Shown here: positions 7,752 through 10,075 of the stretch, one piece after another
Layout: every line of letters starts with the position of its first letter
How positions within the stretch are numbered: position 1 is the first letter of the stretch
Assembly: GCA_043718025.1 (NCBI GenBank)
Contig: JAYSWN010000126.1
Coordinates: 1 to 10,075 of the forward strand
Direction: 5' to 3'
DNA length: 10,075 nucleotides
From: Pseudomonadota bacterium
Lineage (GTDB): Bacteria > Bdellovibrionota > FAC87 > UBA2466
Position numbers and translations under genes: made by a program
Notes under the pieces: generated by a model
Database searches by the model: none
Seen by the model: only the letters and a program-made list of their open reading frames with translations
What the model was told of the DNA's origin: nothing

Positions 7752-8674
7752 AACCATACTTCTTAGTGCCCCTCATCGCCTTGATGACTCTCTCTCTTTC
7801 TGGTTACGGCGGGAATGAAAAGGGCGGCGCGGGCATTGCCGAAAACAACATTCTGTTTGCTTACTGGAATCTCGAAAAATTTATCGAACTCTGCCAAGCT
7901 TCCAGCGGCTGCAATGTAAACGACGACGAGCATAAGATTTTAAATCAGCTGCGTGAAAACCTCCCGAAAGAGCGACTGACCAAGGACCAAATTGTTTTTA
8001 AGTCCGAAGCAAAAGAGCCAGGATTTTTTGTAGTGGATGGTCTGATACGCATGGCGAAAACCGGATTTAAATTGGGCGACGTTATCTATGTGAACACAGA
8101 TTTTTTGTACCCGGTGCTCGCCCTGAATATAGTTGGCGTGCCGCCGTACGGCCGACCGTTTGATATTGCGCAGGCGGTCTCAATGCTAGTTCACGAAATG
8201 GGCCACCACTTGGGAATAAAAGAGCACACCGGGTTAGATCTAATTGGCACGAAAGTACAAACGATCATGCGCACGAATACCAGCGAAGTGGATGGCGGCC
8301 CTGAAGAGCGGCAACTGATTGCCACCGCCATCGACTACGGCGGAGTCAGTGCGGCCGATTTAGTGGTGCGCGACGGCAACCGCGTGCTTTCGCTAACCGC
8401 GGCTTTGAAACAATCACTCTCCTGCCCCAACGCCAAGACTGAGACTCGGGGCTTTTGGCTCTGGAATTTGCACTGGAGCCGATACCGTTTTAAAGGGCCT
8501 AATTCGTTTATTCGCCCCCTTAGGGGGCGCGCCCAGCTGCTTTGCGGCGAACTCCCGAATGCGGAAACCAGTGCTACTGAATTCGAAGTAGAACTCGTAG
8601 CACAGAGATCAAAAGAGGGGCCCTTAGTCTGGAATGACGGCCCCTTCGTGATCCGCCAATTAAAACAAAAGTAG
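7748..8674 (+). CDS. Secreted protein with HExxH zinc-peptidase-like motif
   Basis: Signal-peptide-like MKPYFLVPLIALMTLSLSGYG, then GGNEKGGAG. LVHEMGHHLGIKEH at 8186-8227. ATGA overlap with the upstream gene. Confidence 0.8.
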   Translation: MKPYFLVPLIALMTLSLSGYGGNEKGGAGIAENNILFAYWNLEKFIELCQASSGCNVNDDEHKILNQLRENLPKERLTKDQIVFKSEAKEPGFFVVDGLIRMAKTGFKLGDVIYVNTDFLYPVLALNIVGVPPYGRPFDIAQAVSMLVHEMGHHLGIKEHTGLDLIGTKVQTIMRTNTSEVDGGPEERQLIATAIDYGGVSAADLVVRDGNRVLSLTAALKQSLSCPNAKTETRGFWLWNLHWSRYRFKGPNSFIRPLRGRAQLLCGELPNAETSATEFEVELVAQRSKEGPLVWNDGPFVIRQLKQK

Positions 8675-8755
8675 CTTTTAAACAAAAAACCGTTCTCGTA
8701 ACCGAGGCATGCGAAGCGTGTGCCTTTTTTTCCGAGAACTCTTACGGAGATAATA

Positions 8756-9352
8756 ATGAGAAACCGAATCACACAAATTGTCGTCATAGCCGTACTCGCA
8801 ACCCTCGGCGCAAAAGCCGAAGAGGTAGTTAGCATAGAGGGCGTGCTGTTCGCGCACGCCTCAGCCATCGGCGGAGAGACGACTGGCATCGTGGTGCAGC
8901 ACAATGACGGTACGACCACTGACCTGGAAATAACCAATCCTGCAATGCTTCAGCTGGCCGAAACTTTAGATCACCGTCGGGTGTTTGCAAGTGGCTGGCT
9001 GAAAATTGTGCACGGGGTACAAATTCCTGAACGGCGAGTATTGCAAACCACTTCGCTAACCGCGGCCAACCGAGACGTGGTTTGCAAATCGAGCACCAGT
9101 GACTACCGACTTGAAATTTCTCTAGAAATGAAAAAGAGCCGGGTATTGAAAGGGCCGGCCTGGCTCACCACGCTGGCGTGCACGACCGCGCCGATGAATC
9201 CCGTTCAATACTTTTGCTACGAGCCCAACGTCGCCGATGCTGGCTACCAAGTGATCTTCAATGACACTTCGGGAGTACGACCGCACGCCGAGCTTTACGA
9301 AGTGTTTTTTTGGGGCCGTAAACTCCTCGATAGACTCGACTGCTTAAACTAA
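8756..9352 (+). CDS. Secreted hypothetical protein, probably two small beta-rich domains
   Basis: GGAG SD 6 nt before ATG 8756 (preferred over GTG 8720). Signal peptide ending AKA; AIGGETTG segment in the N-terminal half; four Cys in the C-terminal half; 198 aa. Confidence 0.8.
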   Translation: MRNRITQIVVIAVLATLGAKAEEVVSIEGVLFAHASAIGGETTGIVVQHNDGTTTDLEITNPAMLQLAETLDHRRVFASGWLKIVHGVQIPERRVLQTTSLTAANRDVVCKSSTSDYRLEISLEMKKSRVLKGPAWLTTLACTTAPMNPVQYFCYEPNVADAGYQVIFNDTSGVRPHAELYEVFFWGRKLLDRLDCLN

Positions 9353-9376
9353 ACCTCACTTTCAGCCCCCCTTAAT

Positions 9377-9429
9377 TAGTGCTGGCTCCTTCCCGATCCT
9401 TTCTTTGGCCGGTGAAGGGGCCGGCACTA
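9377..9429 (+). other. Long RNA stem-loop downstream of the 8756..9352 gene (3' stabiliser or atypical terminator)
   Basis: TAGTGCTGGCTCCTTC (9377-9392) pairs with GAAGGGGCCGGCACTA (9414-9429) using two G-U pairs, extended by CCG/CGG. No U-tract follows. Confidence 0.6.
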
Positions 9430-9578
9430 GAACAGGCTCATCCATTGCAACCAAGGTGAGCGGACGTTCAGCGCACGATGCAAATTGGCGCTCATACCGA
9501 GGCCGAAAGACTGCGGTTTACGGGTTTAATGCACGATGACGAACTGCAAGAAAAATTTCGCTAGTTGGCCAATCGTTC

Positions 9579-9587
9579 TGTTAAAAT
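9579..9587 (+). promoter_or_regulatory. Putative extended -10 promoter (TGnTAAAAT)
   Basis: TG-t-TAAAAT, 9 nt upstream of ATG 9597; no SD. Confidence 0.5.
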
Positions 9588-9596
9588 AAGCCCGCG

Positions 9597-10075
9597 ATGA
9601 GTACCCGTTTCGGATTACAAATTTTTTGCGCTTTTGCGATCGCATTAAGTCTCATTGGAAATGCCCTTTCGGGGTGCTCCTGGTCCGGAGTAAAACCTCA
9701 ATCCATTCAATTTCGCCTTACCCCACCCGACCGCACCTATTCGGCGCATTCCGGCCGCGGCCCCAACCTTGCCGATATGCAATTCTTCGCATTAGTTGTT
9801 TCTGGCGACAGCACCCTCACGTCGACAACTTTAGGCAGTCGCAAGCCCAGCTGTCTTTACCTAGACGGGCAAGTGCTATCGCCCCTCACTTACGAACAAC
9901 TCACGGTGAAGGGGGTAGACGTCAATGTTTCCACCGGCGCAAACCGCTTTCGCATCGTTGGCTTTTACGGTGGGCAGGGTGCCACCATCGGCGAAATATT
10001 TTCGTCGCCCGATGCTCCCCCGCAGACCTACCTCATCGCTGACTCGGGGGTAATTAATCTGGCGTCAAAAAGCCA
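9597..10075 (+). CDS. Hypothetical lipoprotein, partial (runs off the right edge)
   Basis: Not in the ORF track. Manual translation is open to the window end: MSTRFGLQIFCAFAIALSLIGNALSG|CSWSGVKPQSIQFRL...FFALVVSG...VDVNVSTGANRFRIVGF. Lipobox LSGC. Confidence 0.8.
   Translation, partial: MSTRFGLQIFCAFAIALSLIGNALSGCSWSGVKPQSIQFRLTPPDRTYSAHSGRGPNLADMQFFALVVSGDSTLTSTTLGSRKPSCLYLDGQVLSPLTYEQLTVKGVDVNVSTGANRFRIVGFYGGQGATIGEIFSSPDAPPQTYLIADSGVINLASKS

Noticed and set aside
4799..8674. ImmR/ImmA- or DdrO/IrrE-type repressor plus cleaving metalloprotease switch, or a toxin-antitoxin pair, possibly tied to the nearby photolyase
   Set aside because: Both HExxH proteins carry export signals and so should not meet a cytoplasmic regulator. 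There is no integrase or phage context, and phrB is several unrelated genes away.
8335..8937. 200-aa minus-strand ORF
   Set aside because: Antisense to two well-supported genes, with no recognisable motif.
9478..9564. 28-aa ORF MQIGAHTEAERLRFTGLMHDDELQEKFR
   Set aside because: The nearest SD-like sequence is too far upstream, and the length is compatible with chance.
9626..10042. 138-aa ORF in the supplied track
   Set aside because: Out-of-frame shadow of the lipoprotein ORF starting at 9597, which has a lipobox and more protein-like composition.

Overview
Bacterial chromosomal window. A Bdellovibrionota/Oligoflexia-like origin is inferred from the paired TIGR02147/DUF4423 genes and the run of exported hypothetical proteins; it is not proven. 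Left part: a secreted-protein ORF running off the left edge (<1..465, -), a class I CPD photolyase (phrB), a convergent RDD+SHOCT / YeiW-like cysteine-cluster gene pair, a membrane-anchored hypothetical protein and a small secreted (PVY)5 / disulfide-hairpin peptide. Centre: the same cassette occurs twice in tandem, [palindromic site + promoter] -> TIGR02147-family HTH protein -ATGA-> exported protein with a Gly-rich post-signal motif and an HExxHxxG zinc-peptidase motif. This is the best candidate for an undescribed system. Right part: another secreted protein, a long hairpin and a lipoprotein gene running off the right edge. Several genes appear leaderless. No mobile element, CRISPR array, tRNA or rRNA was seen. 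All family calls come from motif recognition by eye; no searches were run.
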